The notes beneath the pieces were generated by a model. That model was not told where the DNA came from, ran no database searches, and saw only the letters and a list, made by a program, of their open reading frames with translations. From the NCBI GenBank assembly GCA_963741945.1, contig CAVUKA010000001.1:32001-96000 (forward strand): DNA of 64,000 nucleotides. Reading direction: 5' to 3'. This DNA is from an uncultured Gemmatimonadales bacterium (GTDB lineage Bacteria; Gemmatimonadota; Gemmatimonadetes; Longimicrobiales; RSA9). Numbering within the stretch: position 1 is the stretch's first letter; each line of letters begins with the position of its first letter. The position numbers were made by a program, and so were the translations under genes. Positions 46,201-54,870 of this stretch are shown in pieces.

Positions 46201-49200
46201 GTCCCGCAACGCCAGCTCCTCGTCCCGCTCGATGGCGTACTCCTCGCGGATCGCCGCGAACATCTCCGCCTGCTTCACGGTGTCGATGCCCAGGTCCGCT
46301 TCCAGGTCCAGGTCCAGCTCCAGCATGTCCGGCGGGTAGCCGGTCTGCTCCGCCACGATCCCCAGCACGCGCTCCCGGATCGGATCCGCGACCGCCACGG
46401 CCGCGGTGCCCGGGACAGCAGTCGTGTCCGGGGCCAGGCCCGCGCCGGGCTGCGGGCGCGCACCCGGGGCCGCGGCCGGCGCGCTCGGCACGGACGCCGT
46501 CGCCGGCAGGGGCATTGCCCCGGGGGCGGCCGGTGTCCCGGCCGGGGCGGGGGCGCCGTTGCGCAGCCGGAGCACGCGCTTCACCACTTCCAGCTCGCCC
46601 GGCCGCCCGCCAGCGATGTCCGCCAGCCACCGATCCCAGGCCGCGCGGTCGGCGATGCGGTGGTGGAATCCCACGCTGCCGGGCGCCCGGCGCGCGCCGT
46701 CGGGCGGCGGGGTCCAACGCAGGAGGCTCATGGCGATCTGCGAGCCGAAACCGGCGCCCAGCCGCAGCGCGTAGGTGACCGGCCGAGCGCCGCCGCGGGA
46801 CAGGTTGAGCTCGCCGAGCTCGGGATCGACGTCGCGGAAATTGGCCACCGGGGGGATCACGCCCGTCTCGAGCATGCGCACGGCCAGAGCGTCCTCGATG
46901 CCCACAGCCATCGGGTGGCCCGTGTGACCCTTGGTATTGGCGACGATGATGCGGTCCACCGCGTCGCCGAAGACGCTCCGCAGCGCCACGACTTCCGCCG
47001 ACGCGCTCCCGCCGCGCGCAGGCGTGTACGTCTCGTGGGAGACGAACACGGTGTCGCCGGCGATCTGGCGGCGGTCGATCCCCCATTCTCGCTCGGCATC
47101 GGAAACCAGGCGCTCCATCACGGCGGCGATGTGCTGCACGTCCAGGCGGCTGCCATGGAACGCGCTGTTCGCCACCGCGGTGCCGAGGATCTCACAGATC
47201 GGCGACAGCCCCCGCTCCGCGGCGGCGTCCAGCGCCTCCACCACGAGCGCCGCGCCACCCATCCCGATGATGAGACCATGACGGCGCCGATCAAACGGGA
47301 GCGCAGCGTCCTCCAGGCGCTCGTCGGTGGCCGCGGCTCCGGAGGCCAGGAACCCGCTGCCGAACCACGGAAGGAGGGCGTCGGTGGTGATGTCGTCCGC
47401 GGACAGGACAATGACGCGACGGCAGCGCCCGGCGGCGATCCAGTCCCGGGCGAGCGCCGTGGCCTGGGTGCCGCTGGCGCACGCTGCGTTGGTGCCGATG
47501 TTGGGGCCGCGCGCAACGATGTACTCGGCGAACTGGGCGTGGCCCATGCTGAGCACCTGGAACAGGAAGCGGCGGTCGAAGCGGAAGGGGTTGGCTGCCA
47601 GCTCGGTCTCCAGGGCGACGATCCGGGCGTCCACCTCCTCGATGGCAGACGCTTCCCCTCCCGCCGGCAGCTTCGCTCGCAGGGATCGGAGCTCCTCCAG
47701 CCGCTCGCGCCGGGCACGGTCCTCGTGGTAGCCCTCGATCACGCGCGCGAAGGAATCGTAGCCGGGGAAAGCGGACGCGAAGATGACACCGGTGTCGTCC
47801 CGCATCGATTCCGGGAGCGCCCAGCCGTCCGGGAGCTTCGATCCGGTGGTCGTGGTCTTGTGCCGCAGCACGAGCGGAATTCCGGCATCGCGCAGCGCGT
47901 CGAGCCCCGCGGCGATGGCGAGGCGGGTGACCCGGTCCAATGCGCCGAGCCGATCCTCCGGGAAGCCGTACTCCTCCACCAGGTCCACTGCCCCGCCGCG
48001 GCCAGCGAGCTTGATCACGTCCGCAGGGTCGTCGATGGTCTCGAAGCGCGCGTCCCCGTTCGACCCTTTCACCAGCCGGGTGATCCGGTGCCCGGCCATG
48101 GCTTCACGCAGCCCCTGCGGCACTGCGCCGATCAGCGCCTCTCCCGCGAGGATCCGCTCCAGGTTCCGCTCATCGAACACCCACTCCCCACCGGGGAGCC
48201 CGAGCGCCGCGCCCGTGATCCCCACCCGCACCGGGCGCGCGGCCCGGCCACCCGCCCAGGTCTCGAAGCTGCGCTCGAGGAAGTCGGAGAACATCCGGCC
48301 CAGCGCCAGGTGCCGGTCCTCGTCCCGTGTGGCGCCGGCGATGCGGGAACGCGTGGCTGACAGCGACGGGTCGGGCGCGGGGGTCGGCCAGGGCGTGTCG
48401 GGCGTGTCGGCCGTATCGCGCATGTGGGGCGCGGACAGCGCGGCGGCGGCGGGAGTCGCGGGCTGTGCCAGGCTGTGGGCGCGCGGCGATGGCGCGAGCG
48501 TCCGGGCCGCCCCGTGACCGGCGGCGTAGAGGCCGCAGAGCGCGCGGTTGAACGAGACGACGTCACCCGTCCTGGGGTGATTCGTGAAGAGGGTGGTCAC
48601 GTCCTCGCGGCCGCCGAGAACGTCTTCGGCGAAGCCGTAGAGGACGCGCTTCGGGCCCATCTCGATGAACACGCGGGCGCCGGCGTCGTACAGCGTCTCC
48701 AGCCCCCTGACGAACTGGACGGGGGAGCCGACCTGCCGGGCGAGGATGTCGCGCATGCGCTCCACCACGTCGCCCTCCGCCGGGTAGAACTGGCCATCCA
48801 CGTTGGCGACGATGGGGCGGTCGGGCGGCCGGAGCGACAGCGAGCTCAGCACCTGAACGAGCGGCTCCGAGGCCTGGGCCACGATCTCCGTGTGGAACGC
48901 GTGGCTGACGGGGAGCGGCTGCGCGCGCATGCCGGCTCCCCGCAGTGCTTCCATGGCCGCGGTCACAGCCGCGGTCGCGCCGCCGATGACGCACTCCTTC
49001 GTGCTGTTCAGGTTGGCAATGACCACATAGCCGTCCACGCCTCCGATCACGTCACGCACGCGCTCCACGTCGCCGAACACGGCAGCCATGAGCCCGTTGT
49101 CCTCCATGGCGAGGTGCGTCATGGCGTCCCCGCGCGCGGAGACGGCCCTGAGCGCGTCGGCGAACGACATGCCCGCGGCCGCGACGAGGGCGCCATACTC

Positions 49201-51270
49201 GCCGAGGCTGTGCCCCATGACCATGTCGGGCTCGATGCCGTACGCGACCATCAGCCGGGCCAGCGACGTGTCCACGGCCAGCATCGCGGGCTGGGTGATG
49301 GCCGTCTGCTTCAGCGCCTCCTCTGCGGCCGCCAGTGCAGTACCGTCCCCGGCGTCCACGAAGATCCGGGACGTGAGCGTGCTCCCGATGAGCGGCGCCA
49401 TGACCCCGTCCGCCTCGTCGAACGTGTCCGCCACCACCGGCTCCGTGTCGCGCAGCCCCCGCAGCATGTTGGCGTACTGGGAGCCCTGCCCCGTGAACAG
49501 GAACGCGACTCTCCCGGGCGCGCCCCGGCCCAGGAACACGCCCTTGTTCCGGAGCGCGCGCCAGCGGCCGGCATCGCCCGTGTCGAGCGCGGCGAGGGTC
49601 CTGGTGGCCAGGTCCGCCAGCTCGGCGGCGTCGCCGTAGTCGATGGCGAGGCGGACCGGCGCGTCGAGGTCGGCGCGGGCGGGCGGTGCGGGCGGCGGCG
49701 CGTCGCCGGCCTCCGCGGCCGCCTTCACCGCTTCCAGGCGACGCGCGATGTCCGCTTCCGACGCCCCGCCGATCACGAGCGCGCCCCGAAGGGGAGCCTT
49801 GAGCGGCATGGCCCCGGGTACGTGCGCCCGCGGCGCGGGTGAGGGCACGTACTCCTCCAGCACCACGTGGAAGTTCGTCCCGCCGAAGCCGAACGCGCTC
49901 ACGCCCGCCCTGCGCGGGCCGCCATCGGAGCGATGCGGCCAGTCGCGCATCTCGGCCACCACGGCCATCGTGGCGCGGCCGAAATCGATGCCGGGGTTCG
50001 GGCGCGCGAAGTTGATGCTGGCGGGGACAGCGCCATGGTGGAGCGAGAGGGCGGCCTTGAGCATCCCAACGGCGCCCGCAGCCCCCTTCAGGTGCCCGAT
50101 GTTCGACTTCACCGAGCCGAGCATGAGGGCGCCCGGCGCCAGCGCGGCCCCGGCGAACACCTCATCCATGCTCGCGACTTCCACGACGTCGCCCACGCGC
50201 GTCGACGTGCCGTGCCCCTCGATCAGGTCGCCCGCCGCGGGCACCAGGCCGGCGTTGGCCCACGCGCGCTCCACCGCCAGCTGCTGGCCGATGGGGTTCG
50301 GCGCCGTGATCCCCTTCCCTCGCCCGTCGCTGGAGCCACCCACCCCGCGGATGACGGCGTAGACGCGGTCGCCATCTCGCTCGGCGTCGGCCAGCCGCTT
50401 CAGCAGGAAGATCACCGCACCCTCGCCCATCACGAAGCCATCGGCCCCCTCCGCGTACGGCCGGGAGCCGGTGGCGCTGAGCGCGCCGATCTTGCAGAAC
50501 TTCACGAATGCGGACGGGCTCATGTTCGCGTCCGCGCCGCCCGCCAGGACCGCGTCGAAATCGCCATTCTCGAGACCGTCGATGGCGGCATAGAGGGCGG
50601 CCATGGCGGAGGCGCACGCGGCGTCCGTGACGAAATTGGGGCCGCGGAAGTCGTACAGCGCGGCAATGCGGCCGGCGGTGATGTTGGACAGCTCCCCCGG
50701 CATCGTGTCCTCGGTGATATCCGGGATCCGCCGGTTCACACCGGCCCGGAGCTCTTCGAGGACCGCGGCGCGCACGTCCTCCGGCAGGGCGCGGTAGGCG
50801 GGCGCCGCCCGGAGCTCCTCGGCCACTTCGGGGAAGAGGATGCGGGCGCCCGTCAGGAGGTGGTAGTCGCCACCCATCGCGTTGCCGAGAATCACGGCCG
50901 TGCGGTCGCCATCGAGCGGGCGATGGGGGTGTCCATAGTCGAGCAGCGCCTGCCTCGCCGCGGCGATGGCGTACTTCTGCGTGGGATCCATGGACGCCGC
51001 CACTTTCGGCGGGATCGGCATGCGCCACCCGAGCGGGTTCCACTCGTAGTCGGCGACCCACCCGCCGATCTTCGAGTACGTCCGGTCCGGCGCGCGCGGG
51101 TCCGGGTCGAAGTAGAGGTCCGCGTTCCAGCGCTCGCGGGGAACGTCGCGGATGCTGTTGCGTCCTTCCTTCAGGTTCTTCCAGAACGCGGCCACGTCGG
51201 GCGCGTCCGGGAGGACCGCCCCGACTCCCACGATGGCCACCGACCTGCTGCGCGCGCTGCTGTCCATCAT
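43198..51270 (-). CDS. iterative type I PKS/FAS, PfaA-like: KS-AT-KS-ACP-ACP-KR-DH
   Basis: KS1 DAACAS/HGTST/KSNIGH; AT GQGSQ/GHSLG/HAFH; KS2 NAACAS/SHETYT/TKGHTGH; ACP LGIDTVKQAE x2; KR TGAAGSI/QADYSAAN; DH DHRIDGTPVLPG. Confidence 0.93.
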   Translation of the reverse strand: MMDSSARSRSVAIVGVGAVLPDAPDVAAFWKNLKEGRNSIRDVPRERWNADLYFDPDPRAPDRTYSKIGGWVADYEWNPLGWRMPIPPKVAASMDPTQKYAIAAARQALLDYGHPHRPLDGDRTAVILGNAMGGDYHLLTGARILFPEVAEELRAAPAYRALPEDVRAAVLEELRAGVNRRIPDITEDTMPGELSNITAGRIAALYDFRGPNFVTDAACASAMAALYAAIDGLENGDFDAVLAGGADANMSPSAFVKFCKIGALSATGSRPYAEGADGFVMGEGAVIFLLKRLADAERDGDRVYAVIRGVGGSSDGRGKGITAPNPIGQQLAVERAWANAGLVPAAGDLIEGHGTSTRVGDVVEVASMDEVFAGAALAPGALMLGSVKSNIGHLKGAAGAVGMLKAALSLHHGAVPASINFARPNPGIDFGRATMAVVAEMRDWPHRSDGGPRRAGVSAFGFGGTNFHVVLEEYVPSPAPRAHVPGAMPLKAPLRGALVIGGASEADIARRLEAVKAAAEAGDAPPPAPPARADLDAPVRLAIDYGDAAELADLATRTLAALDTGDAGRWRALRNKGVFLGRGAPGRVAFLFTGQGSQYANMLRGLRDTEPVVADTFDEADGVMAPLIGSTLTSRIFVDAGDGTALAAAEEALKQTAITQPAMLAVDTSLARLMVAYGIEPDMVMGHSLGEYGALVAAAGMSFADALRAVSARGDAMTHLAMEDNGLMAAVFGDVERVRDVIGGVDGYVVIANLNSTKECVIGGATAAVTAAMEALRGAGMRAQPLPVSHAFHTEIVAQASEPLVQVLSSLSLRPPDRPIVANVDGQFYPAEGDVVERMRDILARQVGSPVQFVRGLETLYDAGARVFIEMGPKRVLYGFAEDVLGGREDVTTLFTNHPRTGDVVSFNRALCGLYAAGHGAARTLAPSPRAHSLAQPATPAAAALSAPHMRDTADTPDTPWPTPAPDPSLSATRSRIAGATRDEDRHLALGRMFSDFLERSFETWAGGRAARPVRVGITGAALGLPGGEWVFDERNLERILAGEALIGAVPQGLREAMAGHRITRLVKGSNGDARFETIDDPADVIKLAGRGGAVDLVEEYGFPEDRLGALDRVTRLAIAAGLDALRDAGIPLVLRHKTTTTGSKLPDGWALPESMRDDTGVIFASAFPGYDSFARVIEGYHEDRARRERLEELRSLRAKLPAGGEASAIEEVDARIVALETELAANPFRFDRRFLFQVLSMGHAQFAEYIVARGPNIGTNAACASGTQATALARDWIAAGRCRRVIVLSADDITTDALLPWFGSGFLASGAAATDERLEDAALPFDRRRHGLIIGMGGAALVVEALDAAAERGLSPICEILGTAVANSAFHGSRLDVQHIAAVMERLVSDAEREWGIDRRQIAGDTVFVSHETYTPARGGSASAEVVALRSVFGDAVDRIIVANTKGHTGHPMAVGIEDALAVRMLETGVIPPVANFRDVDPELGELNLSRGGARPVTYALRLGAGFGSQIAMSLLRWTPPPDGARRAPGSVGFHHRIADRAAWDRWLADIAGGRPGELEVVKRVLRLRNGAPAPAGTPAAPGAMPLPATASVPSAPAAAPGARPQPGAGLAPDTTAVPGTAAVAVADPIRERVLGIVAEQTGYPPDMLELDLDLEADLGIDTVKQAEMFAAIREEYAIERDEELALRDYPTLKRAIEFVYEKRPDLAPAAGATTSPPPAPAAAAPAPGAAPGDPVRARVLGIVAEQTGYPPDMLELDLDLEADLGIDTVKQAEMFAAIREEYGIERDEELALRDYPTLKRAIEFVYEKRPDLAPAAGEAPSIAAAGGAPQPGSAPPDTPPTPGLDVAPRAMAGDMAGDMASDMAAAQAVPRRVPVPRLRPPIAFFRETGVSLGKGARVVVMPDTGGVAKALVGRLEKRGVAPLVLEDAASPDALAKRLAGWRAEGPIRGVYWLPALDILDDAALLEPRQRREALQLRVKALYALLRSLYDDVGAAGGFVVSATRLGGRHGYDAEGAADVLGGAVTGLVKSFARERPAALVKAVDFAPGRRTAEVADLLIEETLRDPGVVEVGHAGGRRWTVGLDTRSVEPGHDLPGADAAWVVTGAAGSITSAILADLAPTGGEFWLLDLTPEPDPADPDLARLASDRDGLKREIFARLQDSGERATPALVEKQLARLERAAAALAAIRAVEAAGGTAHWRAVDLRDADAVAAVMREVVAARGRLDVLVHAAGLEVSRSIPEKSPEEFDLVFDVKTDGWFNLLAGLGDAPLGAAVVFSSIAGRFGNAGQADYSAANDLLCKAVSSFRSRRSASRGIAIDWTAWGGIGMATRGSIPTILKAAGIDMLEPAAGVPVVRRELSAGTRGEVVIAGALGAMLDARAPGGGVRADADGSGGVVAERVVELGLNDGLLVETRLDPKAQPFLDDHRIDGTPVLPGVMGMEAMAEAAALPFPALRVAAVEDVTFLAPFKFYRDEPRTVSVRVRYGEDGDEVVAECALLGARTLHGRPEPEVTTHFTARVRLTASAPDAPHRRDLPGSGPGIGADAIYDVYFHGPAYRVLGRAWRSGALLAGRLAEALPPNHVPAERTLLTAPRLVELAFQTAGLAEIADAARMGLPYSVERVDLIDPARGDAGGSMALLAGGDAEAGYDVDVVAEDGTVLASVRGYRTAALPTTMEGRPFPELRQKA
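45813..46372. repeat. near-identical direct repeat of the ACP-coding unit (45813-46054 and 46131-46372; period 318 bp)
   Basis: Direct comparison shows only a handful of substitutions over ~242 bp. Confidence 0.92.
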
Positions 51271-52955
51271 GCGGCTCCGTTCGTGTCACGGCCGTACAGT
51301 GCGTCGGCCACCTCGTCCATGTCCGCCACGAGTCCCGCCTGCGCCGCGTGGATCGGCCCGACGCGGAGCGACTGCTGGAAGCCCGCGAGATCCGGGAGCG
51401 GCACGCCATCGGCGCCCACGGCCCAGCGGATTCCCTCCGCCACGACCGCCGCCGCGGCCTCCCGCGCGTAGACACGGCTGGCCGCCGTGAGGGCGTCCGG
51501 TGCCAGGCGACGATCGGCTTTGGCCGGCAGCTCGCCCGCCGCGGCCCGCGCGGCCCGGCGAGTCAGCGCCGCCGCCGCTTCGACGCGGGCGATGAGGTCG
51601 CCGAACCGCAACAGGAGGTGCTGACTCCGCGTGAGGCGCTGGAGACGGGCGCGCTCCAGCAGCTCCGCCAGGGCGTGGGCGGCCAGAGCGACCGTGTCGG
51701 CCCCCACGCCGGGCGCCACGGCGGACACCTGCTCCAGCTTCACCGCCTCATCGTGGTAGTGCTGCCCGCGCGTCTTCAGATGCTGCTGCCAGCGGTCCCG
51801 TGCAATGGTCATCTCCATGATCTCCGACGTGCCCTCGTAGATCGTGGTGATGCGTACGTCGCGGCGGATCTTCTCCACCTCGTACTCCCGCACGTAGCCG
51901 TAGCCGCCCAGCGCCTGCATCGCCGCGTCCGCCGCCGCGTTCCCCGCTTCCGTGGCGATGTACTTGGCAATGGCGCCCTCCGTGTTCAGCGCGCCTTCGC
52001 CCGCGTCGATCCGCACCGCCGTCTCCTCGATGCACGCCCGCCCGGCTTCCAGACGGCAGGCGTGCGGCACGATCAGCTTGTGCGTGTAGCCCTGTTTCTC
52101 GGCAAGGGGACCGCCCGCCTGGATGCGCGTCCTCGAGTACGCGATGGCCCGATCCAGCGCCGCCCAGCCGGCGCCCAGGCCAAACGCGGCCACCATGAGC
52201 CGCGTGTAGCCGAACACCAGCTGCGCCTGTACGAGCCCCTGCCCCTCCACGCCGCCCACCAGGTCGGACGCCGGGACATACACGTCGTCGAAGGAAAGCG
52301 CGGCCGTATTGCTCGCCCGGATCCCGTGCTTGTCCTCCGGCTTCCCGTGGTCGAGCCCGTCCACCCCCTTCTCCAGCACGAACCACGTCGGCCCGCCCGG
52401 GGCAAGGGCGAGAACGCTGTAGAGGTCGGCGAACCCGCCGTTGCTGATCCACATCTTGGCGCCGTTGATGCGATAGCCGACCACCGCGCCGCCCTCCTCC
52501 ACCCGCTTCGCCACCGTCCGGAGCGCGCCCAGATCGCTTCCCGCTTCCGGCTCCGTGGCGCCGTACGCCATCAGCAATCCCTCTTCCGCGATCCGCCCCA
52601 GCCAGCGCGCCTTCTGCTCTTCCGTCCCACCCCAGAGGATCGGATCACTGCCCAGGAACGTGGCCAGAACCCCCGTCGCCACGCCGAGATCGATCGCCGA
52701 CAGCAGCTCGCACACGCGGTACACGTCGAACGCGCCCCCATCCATCCCGCCGTATGCCTCGGGGATGAAGAGGAGCTGCACGCCCAGCTCCCCGCACATG
52801 GCGCGGATCGTCTCCTCCGGGAACTCGTGGCTGGCGTCCAGCTCGAGCAGCCGCTCCCTGGGCAGGTGCTCGGCCGCGAAATCGCGGATCGAGGCGAGGA
52901 TCAGCTCCAGCGTCTCCCGGTCCAGACCGGCGTTCGGCGTCGCAACGATGGTCAT
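51267..52955 (-). CDS. acyl-CoA dehydrogenase family protein with C-terminal extension
   Basis: ATEPEAGSD, NGAKMWISNG, KHGIRAS.T, QALGGYGY, IYEGTSEI; ATGA overlap with the PKS start. Confidence 0.92.
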   Translation of the reverse strand: MTIVATPNAGLDRETLELILASIRDFAAEHLPRERLLELDASHEFPEETIRAMCGELGVQLLFIPEAYGGMDGGAFDVYRVCELLSAIDLGVATGVLATFLGSDPILWGGTEEQKARWLGRIAEEGLLMAYGATEPEAGSDLGALRTVAKRVEEGGAVVGYRINGAKMWISNGGFADLYSVLALAPGGPTWFVLEKGVDGLDHGKPEDKHGIRASNTAALSFDDVYVPASDLVGGVEGQGLVQAQLVFGYTRLMVAAFGLGAGWAALDRAIAYSRTRIQAGGPLAEKQGYTHKLIVPHACRLEAGRACIEETAVRIDAGEGALNTEGAIAKYIATEAGNAAADAAMQALGGYGYVREYEVEKIRRDVRITTIYEGTSEIMEMTIARDRWQQHLKTRGQHYHDEAVKLEQVSAVAPGVGADTVALAAHALAELLERARLQRLTRSQHLLLRFGDLIARVEAAAALTRRAARAAAGELPAKADRRLAPDALTAASRVYAREAAAAVVAEGIRWAVGADGVPLPDLAGFQQSLRVGPIHAAQAGLVADMDEVADALYGRDTNGAA

Positions 52956-53233
52956 GAGGCGTTCGGGGATGTAGAGATTGGACAGCGGGCGGAGCCCGGG
53001 CGCGATCGACGGCTACGACCCTCGCGCACGAAGGTCACGGCCCTGATGCACGGGATCCCGTGAGTTACCGCGGCCGGCCTGGCGACGAAAGGAGGCGATG
53101 CCGGAATCTGCGGCGGGGAGGTTCCGCACACCGCGCGTGGGGTATTTCCCTGCGACGGAATTCGCCGCGAAAGACGAGCGAGGGGCCTGCGATCACCGTC
53201 GCAAGCCCCTGGCCCCTGGCCGGCTCCCGTGCC

Positions 53234-53842
53234 TCAGTGGCGCGGTCCGGCGGGCGGGGACGCCTCCCGCTTGAACGCCGACGCCTCCTGCGCAGCGAAA
53301 TCGCGGTTCCGCTCCGCCTCCTCCTTCAGCACCTCGCGGTCGTGGGCCAGGTTGCGCCGCGCCCGCTCCAGTCGGAGCTCGCTCGCGTCCCGCATGTCGC
53401 GCGCTGCGCTGCCGGCGAAGATGGCGGCGGCGAGGGCGAGGGCAGCGCCTACGATCAGGCCGCCGGCCCAGAACGCCCCGCCCAGCAGGACGCCGATCCC
53501 GAGGATGGCGCCCGTGGTGAGGGCGAGGCCCGCCAGCAGGCCGAGTGAGAGCGCGACGCCCAGCTTGGTCAGGTCCTTCGCCAGAGTGCGCCCCGCGTCC
53601 TGCAGCTCGGCCGAGAAGGTGCCGGCCACCTCCCGCAGCTCGAGCTTCGCCAGCTCCAGCTCGTCGTGCACCAGCTGTGTCGCGTCGCGGTTCAGCCGGC
53701 CGAGGAGCTGCTTGAGATCGGCGCCGTCCCCGGCCGGGGCGCGGCCGGCACGGAGATACCCCGGGACGGGCTCGCGCAGCCGCTCGACGGACGGGCCGCC
53801 GGGTCTGGGCGTGCGCTCGGGCGTGTATTCGCCGGCGCTCAT
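53234..53842 (-). CDS. YqjE-like / actinobacterial holin-X family membrane protein
   Basis: 'LVHDELELAKLEL' followed by two TM helices; last gene of a three-gene unit. Confidence 0.75.
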   Translation of the reverse strand: MSAGEYTPERTPRPGGPSVERLREPVPGYLRAGRAPAGDGADLKQLLGRLNRDATQLVHDELELAKLELREVAGTFSAELQDAGRTLAKDLTKLGVALSLGLLAGLALTTGAILGIGVLLGGAFWAGGLIVGAALALAAAIFAGSAARDMRDASELRLERARRNLAHDREVLKEEAERNRDFAAQEASAFKREASPPAGPRH

Positions 53843-54870
53843 GCTCCCCTCCCCGGCTCGGTCATGGACCGATCCGCGGTCTGGCGATGGTCCTCACCGT
53901 CCGCCACGGGCCAGCTCTCGTCCACCGCCCGCCGCGCCGCCTCCCCGGCCTTCTCCCGGGCGACGTCGTGCGCGCGCCCGCTCATTCGCCGAGCCTGCTC
54001 CTCCGCCCGGTCCAGCACCCGGTCCCGCGTGCGACCGAAGAGCTCGTGCTCGCGCTGCGTCTCCGGCGCCATCAAGCCCGCGGCGAAGCCCAGTGCCGCC
54101 GCCACTGCGCCCGCGGCCAGCGGGTTCTCGCGCACCGCGTACTCGACCCTGTGCTCCGCCCGCATGGTCTGGTGCTCGGCCTCGTGCACCCACTCTCCCG
54201 CCCGCTCGCGGCCGTGTCGCACGCGGTCGGCGGCTTCGTCCGTCAGCTCCGACGCCTTCTCCCGGGCCGTGTCCGCGGCGTCGCTCGCCTTCTCCTGCAC
54301 CCGCGATGCCGCCTGCCGCACACGCTCCTTCGCCCCGGCCTCGGTGTCGTCGCCGGACTCGACGTCCCGGCTCTGCCGCAGCCGCGCCGCCTCGAGCTCC
54401 GAACCGGTGATGTAGCCGGCCGCGTACCGCTCCGCGTAAGGCTCCGCCGCGTAGCCGACGGCGTACCGTTCCACGTACGGGTCCGCCGGGCCGTAGCCGC
54501 CCCGGACCCGGGCCCGGCCCTGCAGGCGACGCGACCGCTCGTACTCGTCGTCGTCATGCCCGCCGCCGTTCGCCACCAGCCAGGCGAGCCCCACGCCCAC
54601 CATCGTGGCCGGGATCGGGTTCTCCTTGATGGTCTGCCACAGGCCCCGGCCGCCCTCCGACACCTCGTGCTCGACGTCCCTCATGGTGCTCCTCGCCTTC
54701 CGCTTCACCGTTCGCTTCCACTCGTCCACTTCACCCCGGGCCCGCGCCTTCAGCTCGCGCTGCAGCCGGTCCGGGTTCACGCGGGCGCCGATCTCCTCTA
54801 CCGTGTCCGCCATGCGGGCGCGCGTATCCTCGATCCGCTCACGGACCTCCCGTTCCGATTCCTCACGCAT
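53839..54870 (-). CDS. DUF3618-like protein with ElaB/YqjD-like repeats
   Basis: 'IEDTRARMADTVEEIGARVNP'; two 'ENP' + hydrophobic helix motifs; 'PETQREHELFG'. Confidence 0.75.
   Translation of the reverse strand: MREESEREVRERIEDTRARMADTVEEIGARVNPDRLQRELKARARGEVDEWKRTVKRKARSTMRDVEHEVSEGGRGLWQTIKENPIPATMVGVGLAWLVANGGGHDDDEYERSRRLQGRARVRGGYGPADPYVERYAVGYAAEPYAERYAAGYITGSELEAARLRQSRDVESGDDTEAGAKERVRQAASRVQEKASDAADTAREKASELTDEAADRVRHGRERAGEWVHEAEHQTMRAEHRVEYAVRENPLAAGAVAAALGFAAGLMAPETQREHELFGRTRDRVLDRAEEQARRMSGRAHDVAREKAGEAARRAVDESWPVADGEDHRQTADRSMTEPGRGA

Noticed and set aside
43198-52955. Canonical PUFA synthase (pfaABCDE) or modular antibiotic PKS
   Set aside because: No PfaB/C/D equivalents, FabA-type DH pair or ER, and no multi-module, thioesterase, tailoring or resistance genes.
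53234-53842. Prophage lysis gene
   Set aside because: No endolysin, structural or integrase genes nearby; the context is a yqjDE-like operon.
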